A stretch of DNA of 62,647 nucleotides, filler included, from Platydemus manokwari (taxonomy: Eukaryota), in assembly GCA_037951405.1 (NCBI GenBank). It is 5 parts of 5 records of this genome, joined end to end, with 100 filler letters (N's around TTAATTAATTAA, not from the genome) between each part and the next. Parts side by side here need not be neighbours in the genome. Positions count along the whole stretch, not along the records: positions 25,644 to 36,440 come from JBBMOY011104887.1; positions 36,541 to 47,227 come from JBBMOY011113220.1; 3 more parts are not named here. One strand, given 5' to 3'. Positions within the stretch are counted from its first letter, which is position 1; every line of letters begins with the position of its first letter. Positions 26,450-40,095 of this stretch are shown piece after piece. The position numbers and the translations under genes are program-made. The notes beneath the pieces were generated by a model. It was not told the origin of the DNA. It made no database searches and saw only the letters and a program-made list of their open reading frames with translations.

Positions 26450-26780
26450 CTCGACTATATTTTACTTGTGTATTTCAAATCAAATGCGGATTAAGTTCCA
26501 TTTACCGAAAAACATATTTCATATCCAAATACATATCAGAATTCGGCATGCAACCTAGGTGGGGTAGTTGTGCTCCATTCCATAATTGAATTTTCAATTT
26601 TTTTCAATTCCTTGAAATAAATTGCCAATCTTGAAATCATATTGGCTTTCATTGTTCCATCTGCTTCTGATAACTGATAATAGGTTTTCATAAATTCTTC
26701 ATATGTCTCATAAGTGTTCCTTGTCAGAATTATAGGTTTTAAAATTTCGTTTGCCCGAAACTATATTGTTGTGTACAAAC
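26450..26780 (-). pseudogene. Possible highly decayed retroelement integrase core fragment
   Basis: SEADGTMKANMISRLAIYFKELKKIENSIMEWSTTTPPRLHAEF loosely follows the integrase pattern P.SDG..ER.N..I...L.....W...LP....A.N. Confidence 0.35.
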
Positions 26781-27997
26781 CCGTGAAATTAATAAATAAT
26801 AGTATTAAAAATATTTTACCCTCAATGAGTCATAAATCGATCTAAAAATAAACAACCAAATTTAGTTTAAAATATAAGAATAAAAGATGGATTATAAAGA
26901 AATCCGAAAATATTAGCAGAAAAGAAGTAAAAATAAATATAGAATAAATTTAATATCAAAATAAAACAAAAACCAATAAGGCATGAACAAAAGCAATGAG
27001 AACAGCATAAATATACAAAAAACAGTAGAAACACAAAAAATTAATATAAACAGTCATTATTTTTTTTGCCATGTGCGCATTTTACGATCAATATTCTCTA
27101 ATCAATATTTGGTGTGTTAAGTAAATCGATATTTAAAGTCTGAATATAAATAATGAAAAAAAAGCAAAGGGAAAACATAAAATTGATCTTTGAAACGGCA
27201 CTAAAAAATAATAATAAAAAGTTTGAGTATTTTTGACAATTGTTAAAACCATCAATGTAATTTTATCACGTTTTTTTGTTACGACAAAATATTGAATTAC
27301 ATTGTTCTATTTCTGATCCATGCGATTTATTTCGTTAAGTTAATGGTTACTATTATGATATCTTATAGTTACTTAATATCTAATAATCTATTTAGCTTAG
27401 GCATAATTCAATTAAATCATAATTAAGTCTTAAAATTCAATTTTAAAATAATTCATCTTGTTTTTTGTGATTGCTCCACTATTAAGCTCAAGCTTTGGTA
27501 GAGACAATGATAAACAGAACTCGGATGGCTCTCTATCATAAGAATATATTAAGTTTCAAACATAAACAATATCAATATCAATAATTAAAGCAATTTATCC
27601 ATAGCTATTTGTTTATCATTTTGCTTAATTTCTAATAAAAAATTTTATTTAAGGTTTAATTGAAAATGGTTTTTAGATTATTTAAAACTTGATCAGATCT
27701 TTTAAAAATTCAAAATATTCATTATAATTAACAAAATCTTGATCAATGCATTTTTTATTATTTAAAAATGTTTAATTGTTAGTTTAAACTCATTCTATTT
27801 AGACTTTGGTTGAAATTAATTTGAAATTTGAACATTACTTTTATATTTTTTTGCTAATTATTTCGGATTTGAATTAAATAGCTGAATTGAAAATCTTTTA
27901 AAGGTTAATTTTGTTATTTTCATTTTAACAATATTAATACCGTATTTTAGTCTTAAGCAATTATTAAATATAAATGCTTAACATTTAAAAAAACTTA

Positions 27998-29053
27998 ATG
28001 AATATTCCCTTCAGATTGATTAAAAAGAAATTATTTATGTTCTTTAAAAGTCTTTTGTGTTTTAAAAAGTCGCGATTTTTTCACAATATATATTGTTCGA
28101 TTTATTATGGTTTACAAAAGTTTTTCATATCAGCAGCTTTCATTATTACTCTGTTGCATATTAATTTCAGCGGAATTATTTATAGTTGTTTGTTTGTAGT
28201 ATTAATATTTTTTGTTTTGCGTTATATTGAAGAACAAATAATCTATCCTGTTGATGTACCACCTGAAGCTCGATGGTGTGTAGCTCTCCCAAGTCAATAT
28301 AATTTACCCTACGAAGAATTAACAATCGATACTGAAGATGGTGAACATATTTCGGCTTATTTAATGTTGCAAAATGTTGACATTCGGAAAAGTGTTCCCA
28401 CGATAATATTTTGTCATGGAAATGCTGGTAATATGGGATCCAGATTATTAAATATTGCACAGTTGTATAAATTTTGCCAAGTTAACGTTCTAATATTCGA
28501 TTACCGCGGTTATGGACGAAGCAGTGGCAAACCGTCAGAGAGTGGCTTATATTTTGATGCTCAGTCGATGATAAATTATTTATTAACTCGATCCGATATT
28601 GATATTGAAAACATCGTTGTCTTTGGTCGTTCTCTTGGTGGAGCTGTTGCTATCGAGGTGGCTCTTCGCAATGGCAATAACGGTCCGTTGTCCGCTCTCA
28701 TTATTGAGAATACGTTCACATCAATACCAGCCACTGCTAAGCATTTATTAAAGATTCCTTACATAAATAAATTACCAGATTTTCTCCTGAGAAATCAATT
28801 CCAATCCATCAACAAAATTGAAAGATTGAAAATTCCGGTTTTATTTATTAGTGGGGAAAAAGATGCTTTCATTCCTCCGACAATGATGTTGGATTTGTAT
28901 TCGAAATGTCCACCTGTTCACAAATCGCTCAACAGAATTCCCAATGGTGACCACAACAATACATGGACTCGGCCGGGTTATTTTGAAGCTATCAATTTTT
29001 TTCTTCTCGGTTTGAAACCGCGAACTCAGGAAATATTCATCAAAACGACTTAA
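27998..29053 (+). CDS. ABHD13: Alpha/beta hydrolase ABHD13-like (Bem46 family), single coding exon
   Basis: 351-aa ORF with an N-terminal hydrophobic segment and motifs IIYP, FCHGNAGNMG.RL, DYRGYG.S.G.PSE.GLY.DAQ, nucleophile GRSLGGAVAI, IIENTFTSI, Asp in GEKDAFIP and His in GDHNNTW. Confidence 0.93.
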   Translation: MNIPFRLIKKKLFMFFKSLLCFKKSRFFHNIYCSIYYGLQKFFISAAFIITLLHINFSGIIYSCLFVVLIFFVLRYIEEQIIYPVDVPPEARWCVALPSQYNLPYEELTIDTEDGEHISAYLMLQNVDIRKSVPTIIFCHGNAGNMGSRLLNIAQLYKFCQVNVLIFDYRGYGRSSGKPSESGLYFDAQSMINYLLTRSDIDIENIVVFGRSLGGAVAIEVALRNGNNGPLSALIIENTFTSIPATAKHLLKIPYINKLPDFLLRNQFQSINKIERLKIPVLFISGEKDAFIPPTMMLDLYSKCPPVHKSLNRIPNGDHNNTWTRPGYFEAINFFLLGLKPRTQEIFIKTT

Positions 29054-31279
29054 ATATTCTGTTATCGATTTTATCTCGTTAAATTGAAACTGTTTTTTTT
29101 ATAAATTTGATAATTAAAAACTTGAAAAAATATAATTGGTTTGATGGGGTCAATTTAGTTTATTACTGACAATAATCGATTAAATTATTAATTGTGTTTA
29201 TTTCAAAATTAGCTCGAGTAACTATGGCAACTAATATCGTATTTTTATATGGATTTGAATTGGAAAATTTATAATTGACTTTGGAATTTTATTTGAATTA
29301 TTTTATTTGGTAATAATAGCTGACAATTTTTCTCGTTACATTGATTGAAATTCACATTTGAAATAATCTAAAGAGATCTGTTTGAACTTGTCTAGAAATC
29401 AAATTACAATGACGTGTCAGCATTTTAAATTGTTTTGCAATACCGTAAATTTGAATTAGAATTTATTAATTATTTAAATAACATTCAACTTTATGGATTA
29501 ATTTCGGCTGTTGAGTAGTGTCGGTGTACGTTCGGGGTGACTTTAATCTGAAATTTTAATTTTTAAAATAATTTTCAGTAATCAATAGATTTATAAAATA
29601 GATCACTTCCTGATTGGAATAAGATTTTGTGAACAAATAATTTTAATGAATAACAATTTGAAGTCATTTCCATCAATGGGTTAGATATTGTAGTTGATAT
29701 TTTAAATTTGGTAATCGGAAATTATTAATTTAAGAGATAAACAAAAAGGCGTTTTAATTTACTATTTTTCAAAACAAATATATTTTCACTGTCAATTATT
29801 TTACTAGGAAATTCTCCTAATCTATTTTTAACTAGTTCATGTTTAAAGAAAAGGCTAATGAATCAATATTGTTAAATACGGTTGAATAAATAAATATAAT
29901 TCACTTCAGAGTGATGCAAGTAACGACGAGCAACAAAATTGGCCAGCAATAAAATTGTACAATCATAGTTCAAAAAATAGAATTGGAAATACTCCAGGGG
30001 ATAGTTTTTGGGTAGTGAAGAAAAGGGGTCCTACTTTCTTAATAATCAATTTTCGTGAATAACATAATTTTATATATAATTTGATGTTTGATTTATTTGA
30101 ATAATTCAGTTAATTATTTCACTTTCTAGGATGTCTAATAATGGCACAATATAGTTTTAAAACCAAGTTCATTTCACAACTCTTCCACACGATTATTTGG
30201 GTTTTTAAAATTTTCATTTTTAAATCATAAATAGAATTAGTTAACTACAGACATTTTAATAATATCATTGGTTATTTTTATTAAATAATTTACTTTTAAT
30301 GTTGAAAAATGGGTGCTCGCTAATTTTTAATAAATTGCATTTCGACCTACCTTGATCTATTTTCAAATAATCAAATTTTAGGAGTCTTGATAGCTCTAAT
30401 GCATATAATATTTTATTTCAAACAACTAAAATTTTTCTTAAGTGCTTAAATAAAAAATTCAAAATGCTTTGAAAGAATATAATTAAATAAACTATATAGA
30501 CTTTGCAATATTCACCAAATTGAAAATTTTATCTTATGACCATTTTCTAAACTTTATTCAGTTTTTGTAAATCAAATCCATTTAAAATCCTAAATCAGTA
30601 TGATAAACAGAACACAAATAAATATTCACTTTATTAAAAATGTTTGGGTTTGTACAAAGCAAACAATTTTGAAAATCAGACTGCTGTATATTTGCATTAG
30701 GTGGTTACATTATAATCTGTACGGTTATCTTAGTATTCAGTGTTAGATGTAGACTTTGTAAATTATGCTCTTATAGGACATTACTTGAAATCAATTATCC
30801 TCATTGATTATCAAAATACATGAATTATTCTAAATGTAAATTCCAAGTCACGAAATGTCTAAATTATGAACCTTTCTCCAAGTGGACATCAATAATTATT
30901 ATTTTAATCAATCCAATCAGAATGGTCTATATTTTGGGTGTTATTTTTCTGTGTGCAATTCGTTGATGGAAATATTTATCTATGGTTTATTCGAAAAACA
31001 TTTGATCAAAATATATTGTTAAATGTTTATAAAGCACTTCTCTTGACAAATTAATACAATCGTATCAATTTACCAAAGCAACTTTATTGTACTGTTAAGC
31101 AAAAAATATAAATTCTAAATTAAAGCAACTTTTACAGGCACTTCACAACAAATATTGTCAATTCAAATTAAATCATGAAAACACTTAATTACCAGTGTCG
31201 AATCAGAAATTCAGATCGTCTAAAATTATGAGTGGAGTATAATTTAGATTAATATGAAAAATATAAGAACAAATCTTAA

Positions 31280-32110
31280 TATGATTATAAAGTGTAGGTG
31301 TCAATGAAATCACAAATTTGGGATTATATTATAAAATATCGAATCAAGAATGCACTTTTGTACAGATATTAATCAATACTAGTGATATCATTCGATATGT
31401 AGTCAAATACGGTTATTATCTGCTTGTCCAACCCCTCAAACTCTAGTTATCACAAAATGGAACTTTTGGTTCAAGGTTATGTTATACCACGCTGAGTATC
31501 TAGACTATTAAATCCAGTTCGTGCTAAGAAAATCGAAGTACAGTCGATTTAAAAGAGTTCTCCGTGCTGCTGCACAGTACTGGTATGGATCTGAAAGGTG
31601 AACTTGAAATTCTTTTCGTTCGCTGCCAGGCAATTATAAACACTTTGACTTCTTTTGAGAAGCACTCATTCATTGTTGTCAATGTTGACAATAAATAGTC
31701 TAACTGAGTGTCTTTCCTGAAATCGTCCTGATTTCCAATTGCAACCAACAACTGCAAAGATGCAAATCGCAAATGCTGCTCCTGAATTTGAAAAAATATT
31801 TAATGGGACCAAACATCCAACAATAAATCTACTCATATCTGTGAGAATAATTAATCCACAACAACAACCACTCTTATAGAAGAATTTTTCCTATCATGCA
31901 AGCTAATCTGGACAAGGCATTCTGTGAAGTAATTAAGGTAATATCACTGCTTTAGAGAACAGACTGCCTCGGTTCGCAGCTCTTGAAAAAGTTTATATGA
32001 CTTTAACAATCTCTTCTGTTGATGTGAAACGTTCGTTCTGAAATTATGGATCGGTGTTGTCACCATGCGATATCCTCAGTCACATGAATATTTACGAGCT
32101 TACAGGCCGT
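31280..32110 (+). mobile_element. Decayed hAT-superfamily transposase relic
   Basis: PTPQTLVITKWNFWFKVMLYHAEYLDY at ~31428-31510 matches the hAT TRW motif region. LPRFAALEKVYMTLTISSVDVKRSF*NYGSVLSP at ~31960-32065 matches the hAT dimerization motif SS..ERSFS. Boundaries are approximate. Confidence 0.72.
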
Positions 32111-33699
32111 TTTCTTGAAAAATAAATAAATAAAAACTTAAGAATCATCATTCGAAAATTTGTAGAGAATAATAATAATTAATTATATCTGCCTACATGT
32201 GTTGATATATGTTTCTGGATGGTTGGCCTAAATCAAACATGTTTATGAAAATATGGAGATGTGAACGCTTTGATGTAATTATTGATTACGTTTTAATAAA
32301 ATTCAATGATTATTGATTATTTTTATTAATATGATTTAAAATGAAACCCCATTAGAATAAATTATAATATATCCAAATAATTCAAAATGCGGTATGATTA
32401 AAATCCAGTTGTGAAAACGTATAAATAGAGGTTCAAACATCAGAACCTGCCCCTAACTAAAATCAGGAAACCACTAGTTATTTCAACAGACGTATTGTCA
32501 TTGAAAAGGCCGTTCGTTTATGCCATTGATTTTGTAACGTGAGTCCGATTTTTATTTAAACCACTGATTTCGTATTATAGCCGTCATATATTTCCCATTA
32601 TCGAGTGTATACTCAACATCCTTGATAGGCAAAGGTTTTGCTCAAAGAGAAGGAGTCCATTAACCGTGTTCTTGTCCAGAAAATCGATAAGGTCATTTCG
32701 TATAATTGTTGATTGTATTTTAATATCAGTGTCATTTTTATATTTGGTGTCTTTGTTATAATTATCGTATTAATAAATATTTTATAAATCAAGCTCGTCC
32801 GTCCTTTGATTAAAGTAAAATAGTTATATAATAAAAATATTAATTGAGACTTAAAGTTTTAAACTCACAAAAGAGCAATGTTGCCAGATATATTATCATC
32901 ATACAACATTGTGTGCGAGGTGAAAAAAGAACAAATAAAATGTTTTAATAGTTTGTACCTTGGGCTTTATTAGAACTCATAGAGAATTATCAAGACAGCA
33001 GTGATCTTACAAGAATTAAAAGTTAGAGTTTGATAAAAGATTAAAAAACCCATTAACAAGCTCCAAACACAACATGAATAATTTTGTATTTAAAAATTGT
33101 TTTTAAGAATTTTTTGATATTTTTTCAATTAATATTGTTATATTGATAAGAGAAATGCGTGTATCGACACATGTATTATGTAAAAATAGCATCGATTTTA
33201 TAAGGATAGCCTCGATTGACTATTTAAATGGTTAAAGAAGTGGCTAATTTATCTCACACCGATAAATCAATCAAAATTTGTTTGAATATTCTCCTACGTC
33301 ATGAAAGATTTTCGTGCCCAAGCAAGAAGGTCTTACGTAACTTATTGAACAAAGATAAATGTATGCAAGAGCATTGATTCGCACAAGCTGACATGATTCA
33401 AATGCCAAATATCATAATCCAAGATTACGTAATCTCTATGCATGATAAATGCAATGATGAATCGATTGTGACTGTAATTGACATATTACTAACAATGTTG
33501 CAAAGTAAGGATTTTCTGAAATAATGTATGAAAATTTTTTCAAGTTTGAAGATTCTGATTGCCGAATTAGAGATGCTAATTGTTTGATTCACAGATCGGA
33601 TTCTCTTGAATAAAGTATGTCTTCATTATTTTTACATTTTGATAATTTGATATAAAGATTTCTCAAATTTAAGTAATGGACATATTTTTCGTAATTTAA

Positions 33700-36200
33700 A
33701 GTTGCCTGATTAAAGATAATTTAAATGTACTCATCAACATTGATAACCGAGTTACCATGCATTAAAGTTCCATCTTGTCACAATTCGCTGTTTTTCGAAA
33801 TTCTTTTGAGTTGTTTCGGCCTTTCGCTTTGGTTCGTCAATGGGGCATCTTACATTTATAAGGTCGGTCGTAAATTTTCGATTATTTATTAGTTGAAGAT
33901 CTGCTCAAAATTTAGATTCCCTGAATTGGCATTCTTTCTCTTTGTAGCTTGTATTGCTTACGATTTCCTTGGTCAATATATCAATTATTCTGTCATGCCA
34001 ATATAGTAGAAAAGAGTGAGATGATTTGCAGTAGGTGAAAATGTGTATTTGCGATTCCACTTCATGCAGGCATTTTCTGCGTGTCATTTTTCTCATGTAC
34101 TTTTTGTTCAGAGTGGGTAATTTGTTTGTCCATGCATTATGAATAAATCTGTATTCACTGATATTAAGGCAACTACTATGACCACTGTTTCTAATTTCAT
34201 TTGTCGAGCTTGATTGGGACTTTCTCATAAAGTATTGTCTCAACAGTTTTGATGTATCCATGATTTATTTTACGCATTCTATTACTTTGCCTAACCTGTT
34301 TTGCTCCTTTGTAGTGCTTCCTCAATTTTCGCAACTTGATTTACTTCAGCATTTTTACACAAAGAGTGCTTGGCCGTGGTTTTAATCATATTATTTTGCT
34401 TTATAATGGATGATACGCTTTGAACATCGATTTATAATATATATCGTCATATTTTGTAGTCTACAATGGGCATTTAACTTTTTAAGGTACAGATAATTCC
34501 ATGAGATATATTTCGATATTCCGAGGATTTTTCAGATATTATCTTATTATAATGTCAAAATATTGTAGACTAGTATAAGTTATATATTAGTTTCTCACAG
34601 AGAATGGTATTTTAGTGTGCCAAAATTTCTCTAAGACACGCTGCTTCTGCTATGGTAATAAAATAGAATTTTTTCAGTTTTTTCATTAGTTTTTATATCG
34701 GCCAATAGTTCTTCAGTTGAATTATGTAATTTCAAAGAGCTGTTCACTCCTAGCTAGTGATAGTGATCTTTTAGACTAATTTTAAATCAAGAATTCTTCG
34801 GTACTCGTTTTGACATTATATAAGTACCCACATTTAGGGGTTTGAACTTAAATCAGATCTGGTAACCAAGAGCCAATGCTTCGTGGATTGTCATTTGGGG
34901 TTTATTTTGCTTTTTCGAAATAATTGTTATGTGATCTACATACTTGAAGCACAGAATCTGAAGATTTGCAATTTCAAGAATTCCAGCAAAATAGTTGTCT
35001 ATTTGTACTAAGATTGGATTGATTACCATGTCCTATATAAGCTTTGATTTGTATGTTGCTGTGTATGTTTTCCATTTTGTCCATTTTGCAGATATTTATT
35101 GGTTATCTAAACATTTTGTGTAAGGGTTTTGTTCCTGGGCCTGTACATAAATGGTCTTCATACTTGATCTCGTTTTGCAAGCAGCATTCGGATTCTTGTT
35201 GAAAGGCTTGCATAAATTGTTTCTGGTTCTTTTTTGTTGATGCTGAAGTTTTAGTTCCTTTCAGTAAGTTTTTGATGAGTAATAATTATTACACGCTCTC
35301 GTAATTCTACTAATTCAAGAAGATTTGTTTTCTGCTTTTGTTTTTCTCAAATGTTTTTTCATCTAATATTTCATTTGAAAAATTATGAGGCATTCCTTCT
35401 GCTAATAATTTCCTGATTACAATTGTATCTATTTGATATTTATCTAGAATACACATGAGTTGCAATCATCTCCTGACCATCCGTAAATGTTCATGTCATT
35501 TTCTTGATTGCGTTGGTATTTATTCTCGGTAGGTGAAAGTAATGGCTAGTGTTCAACATATTTCAAAATACCAGAGATCAGTTTTCACCAAATTGGAATG
35601 TAGTTGCAGGTCTCTATAGGCCAAGAGTCCTGTTTTCTATAGTATTATGGAAATATTTCTAATCTGATTGTTGAGGAAATTTGTTTCTAAATCATCCATG
35701 CCATCATCTTTAGGATCCAGCAGTTGAATTAAATGTTTTCTTACAAAGATTATATTATAAGTTGGAAAAATATGACTTCCTTGTTTTTGAAGTACTGGAA
35801 CGACAGGAATTCAAGAATATTGCTTACCTCATCGAGTGCCGAGGGCTTTTCCAATAAAAGGATTGAGTACTAGAAATTTTCGACAATGAAATTCTTTTTC
35901 ATAAGAACATTATGTATCTTTCTGTGAAGAAGATATGGTCACTTTGATTTTCTGTAGTAGCCCGTCCCATTTCTTGATTTCCAAGGCTTTGTTATGTCTT
36001 ATTTTTTTGTATTTCTGTCATAAAGTTGACTTTCATGCTTTCTTCATATTTTGGGGTCATTATTTGCTTTAGAGGGATTTTAGAACTTATTCAGTACTTT
36101 CACATTATCAAGTAGTTATAAGTTCAATTTTATTAAGAAATTAAAAATTATCGATCCTTTACTTTTTCTTAAGGTCAGATTCTCGCTGTATCGAAATTCT
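33700..36200 (-). mobile_element. Decayed non-LTR retrotransposon with C-terminal restriction-like endonuclease (R2/NeSL/R4-type)
   Basis: Minus-strand remnants in the expected order: DSWPI (RPI-like, ~35620), FKYVDHITII (YADD-like, 34931-34942), FKPLKC, YH*LGV, then ORF 33905-34261 with LPT..KCLHEVESQIHIFTYC..WHD (CCHC plus RHD) and TDLINVRCPIDE (PDL/DV.CP). Boundaries are approximate. Confidence 0.8.
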
Positions 36201-36440
36201 TTATGTCGAAATTTTTTAAGAGTGAATTATGATGGAAATCCCTCAGCTTATATAGATGCTAATATTCGGTGCTTTGTACCTAGGAATTTCCATCACGCTT
36301 ATCAATTTTAAATCATTTTTTCACTTTTGATCTTTAATATTTATAATTATAAAAGTTCAAAAACTTAAATATTCTTAATAATTTACCTAACCTTATAAAT
36401 TTTATTATTAAATTATTGACATTACTTATTAATTATTATT

Positions 36441-36540
36441 NNNNNNNNNNNNNNNNNNNNNNNNNNNNNNNNNNNNNNNNNNNNTTAATTAATTAANNNN
36501 NNNNNNNNNNNNNNNNNNNNNNNNNNNNNNNNNNNNNNNN
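36441..36540. other. Artificial 100-bp contig linker
   Basis: N44-TTAATTAATTAA-N44. Confidence 0.97.

Positions 36541-36611
<71 letters not shown>
36541..36611. repeat. (ATT)n microsatellite at a contig end
   Basis: About 23 perfect ATT units. Confidence 0.98.
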
Positions 36612-36614
<3 letters not shown>

Positions 36615-38930
36615 AAAAAGAGATTTTAAGAGATTTTTATTATTTTTATTAAATTTTCTTTCATTATTAGCTTTTTTAAAAAAATAATAATAATAGTTTT
36701 ATCCAAGTGGTTTAAATTCTCGTCAAAAGATAAAATTCAAACCAAAATAAATTATTAATCATTACAAAATTGATCCATGATAAAAATTATTGGTACTTTC
36801 GACAACTAACATAGAACTCAATATTACAATTATATAACCGTAATAAATACAAAACTTAATATCAAAATAATATAGCAAAACATGCAAGTAATTCATGCAA
36901 ATGAATTACCGCTTTCAAATTCGATACACCAAATTCGATTTAGCACAATTTTATTGTCAGAGCAATGCCTGATTTTTTTGGAAACCCAAAATACTTTTAT
37001 TTTGACATTCATCAGTGTAAATATTTTTGCTAGAAATTTTAATAATAATTTATTGAATGAATTGTAAAAGAAAGATAAGGAAAATTTTTGGCAACTATTA
37101 TAACAAGTAATGGTAACAATGTTAATAAAAATTAAACGAAAAATAATATTGTAAAAAAATAATAGTGCAGCAATAATTATTAAAACTCAAATAACTAATA
37201 TTTAACAAATCATGGTAAAAAATAGGCTGTTAACTCTCAAGTAAAAATGTGAAATAAACATAATATATTAATGAGAAAATATCATAGTTAAAAGCAGTTT
37301 AAAATCTCATGAAAAAGATGTTATAAATAAAGTAATAATTTGACTTTATAAGCACAATTGAAAGCAAATGAACATAACTAGAAACATGAATGAAAATTTT
37401 AGAATTTGTATTCAAGAAGAACTCAATAGACGAATTCATTATCTCATATTTATTGAAGAAGAAAAAGCTTTATTCGCTAATCAATAAGGTCACTTTCTAA
37501 TTGCGCAGAGGACTAATAAGAAAAAGAGTATGGCAATTAATTTGTAATTATATATATTTGACTAGGTTAAATTGTTCAATTCATTTATATTTTGAAATAT
37601 TTAATTTTTCATATATTTATTAACATTATTATTGTTTTGCCCTTCATCTTACTTTTCTTCGCCAGTTTCGGATTTTCGTTAATCTACTTTCATAGTGCGG
37701 TTATAACATTATTGTTTTCATTATTTGCCAATTTTTCATTTCTTCAAAAATGAAATTTTTAGACTCATAAAAGCCTTGTCGCTTGAGCAAACATATAATT
37801 AATAAAGATATAATCATTGAGTAATATAGTTACAATTACGTTCATATTCTGTAACTACATTATATTGAAACAACGATAGTTAATACACAATTATTTGGAC
37901 TACAGTTTAGCCAAAACAATATTACTTTCGATATTATGTGATAGAAATATTTATTTAAATTATAATCTCGTTATTTAAATCAAATCATTTCAATAAATAA
38001 AATTTTCATTTATTTTCAGGATTTCAATTATGTTTAGATCGACATTAGAGCATCATAACAATACGAACTAATATATCCTTTTAGCAACATTTTACTTGAA
38101 CCTCAGACATTTTAACTATAGCCTATTGTTGGGATTAGAGGTGAAATCAATCCAAAAAATGTCCTATCAAATCATTGTGTTTTGATGTATAAAAGAATAA
38201 CGGATTGATGTATAACACTGTCAAATAATTTTCTGCAACAATTTTGGAATAAATCAATATTATTGTTATTATAATATATAATATTTTATTTCTGTGTAAT
38301 ATTTTTATGGATTCTAGAAAGAAAATTCAATCAAAATATATAAATCTATAGATAAACCTATGCATTAAAAAAGCACCAAAACATAAACTCTACTGAATCA
38401 CAAACAGCGATCAAATAAAATAATAATTTATAATAAATTTAAGCGCAGAATAAAAATAAGCATACATTTAAATTATATATACAAAATAGATTTAATGGGA
38501 GGGTATTTCTACGAGTGATTTATCAACACGTATATAAAGTAATGGCCATAATTATTAGAAACACAACTTTAATTCATACAATGACTACACAATTACTGCC
38601 ATAATAACAACCAACCATAAGCCTGCGATTCCATTTCAAAAGAACAACGATTGTTCCGTGTATTTGTGGGAGAAATCAGAATTTTAAAATGTGAGCGAAA
38701 AATAAATCAAAATTATTAATGTAGGTGGACTTGTAAAATAGTTTTTAAATCCACGAGAAAAAAAGAAAATAATAAATAAAAATGATTATTCAGAATTCGT
38801 CATAGAAAATACTATAGAAGGAACGGAGAAGTTATAAAATTCGCTCACACCAAAAAATACTTAATTGCAACTTTAGTTATTGCAATCAATAAAATAATAA
38901 GATAAAAATCAGGAAAAAGGTGCGGATAGT

Positions 38931-40095
38931 TGTAGAGGAAAAAGATTTAAAGGGCCCGCCCATTATATATATATATAAACTTCTATATTAACGCAACGGA
39001 GGCTGGGTATCTAATCCTTCCCTTGTTGAACATTTTTATTAAACTGAGGATTGTGTAATTTTGAAATATTTTATGTATTAAATAGGTGCTTCTTTTACAC
39101 TTATCTGGCTCTATGGGATTTCGATGACCGGCTTGAAGATCAGGCTATCGGAATTGTAATTATCTAAAAATGATTTTACTGTTTGGAGAAAAAACTGAGT
39201 TATTTTGCGCAATTAAATTAAGTTACAGAGAAGATGAAAATTTAATATTTATCGCGTTGTTAGTATTCGTTCAACAATAATATCGCAATGAGCGATAAAA
39301 ATAAATTCTTTATTGAGAAGTGACAAAAACCAACAAAAGCCTAAACAAACAAAACAAAGATTTTTCAATGACCGGCGCGTTGCCAAAGCAAGTTGCTAGA
39401 AAAGTCCGAAGCCGACGGAGCAGTTGGTCGAGTATAGGAAAAATTATTTATGGTGAGTATATCGAATATAAATCACACAATCGTTAAATTATTATTAATA
39501 TTAAATATTATTATTAAATTAAATTATGAAATGATACATTATAAATGATACATTTTAAACAAATATACTACACTTACTCCGCACGAGTTTGAAGAAAATC
39601 AACAATGTTCCATATGCGCTCGTCATAACTTCTGTGAATGATATACGCCCGCCTGATTTGCAAATTGTATTCTAGGACCCCTTGTCGAATCCTGTCCGGT
39701 AAGAGTTTTGAAAATTTAGATTTGGTCTGGATCAACTGTAGCAAATTTGAGTTTACTCGACTGTTCCTCGAAATAGTATGTTTAGATTTTTGTGAGTGTT
39801 CTTCTATATCCACACACTGCTTTTATAGAGTAAATTTTTCGACTGGTTTTTGCCCGTATGTTAAATTCAAATTTGTTCCGCATATGTTTTGCATTTTAAT
39901 GCATTTTTTACCTTAACGTTGTCTCAATTATGCACTTTTATTGTTGATTTAGATTTTGATATTATTTATATTATTAGTTTTTCGTTATATTTATTTTAAA
40001 TCACTTAATTTCTTATTTATTTTAAATTACTTAATTTTGTTATATTTACTGCTTAATACTCGTCGTAATTCCTCTTCCAAATCCCTGCCTTTACA
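38931..40095 (-). mobile_element. LTR-like element, family H copy 3, with TGTA...TACA ends and imperfect terminal inverted repeats
   Basis: Left end TGTAGAGGAAAAAGATTT versus right-end reverse complement TGTAAAGGCAGGGATTT, with flanks TAGT/TAAT. Minus-strand CTATAAAAG at ~39820-39828 and the shared hairpin block at 39370-39429. Confidence 0.5.

Noticed and set aside
8388-29053. Functional cluster of two alpha/beta hydrolases (PPME1 and ABHD13)
   Set aside because: Distant families separated by ~16 kb of repeats and two linker gaps, with no evidence of co-regulation.
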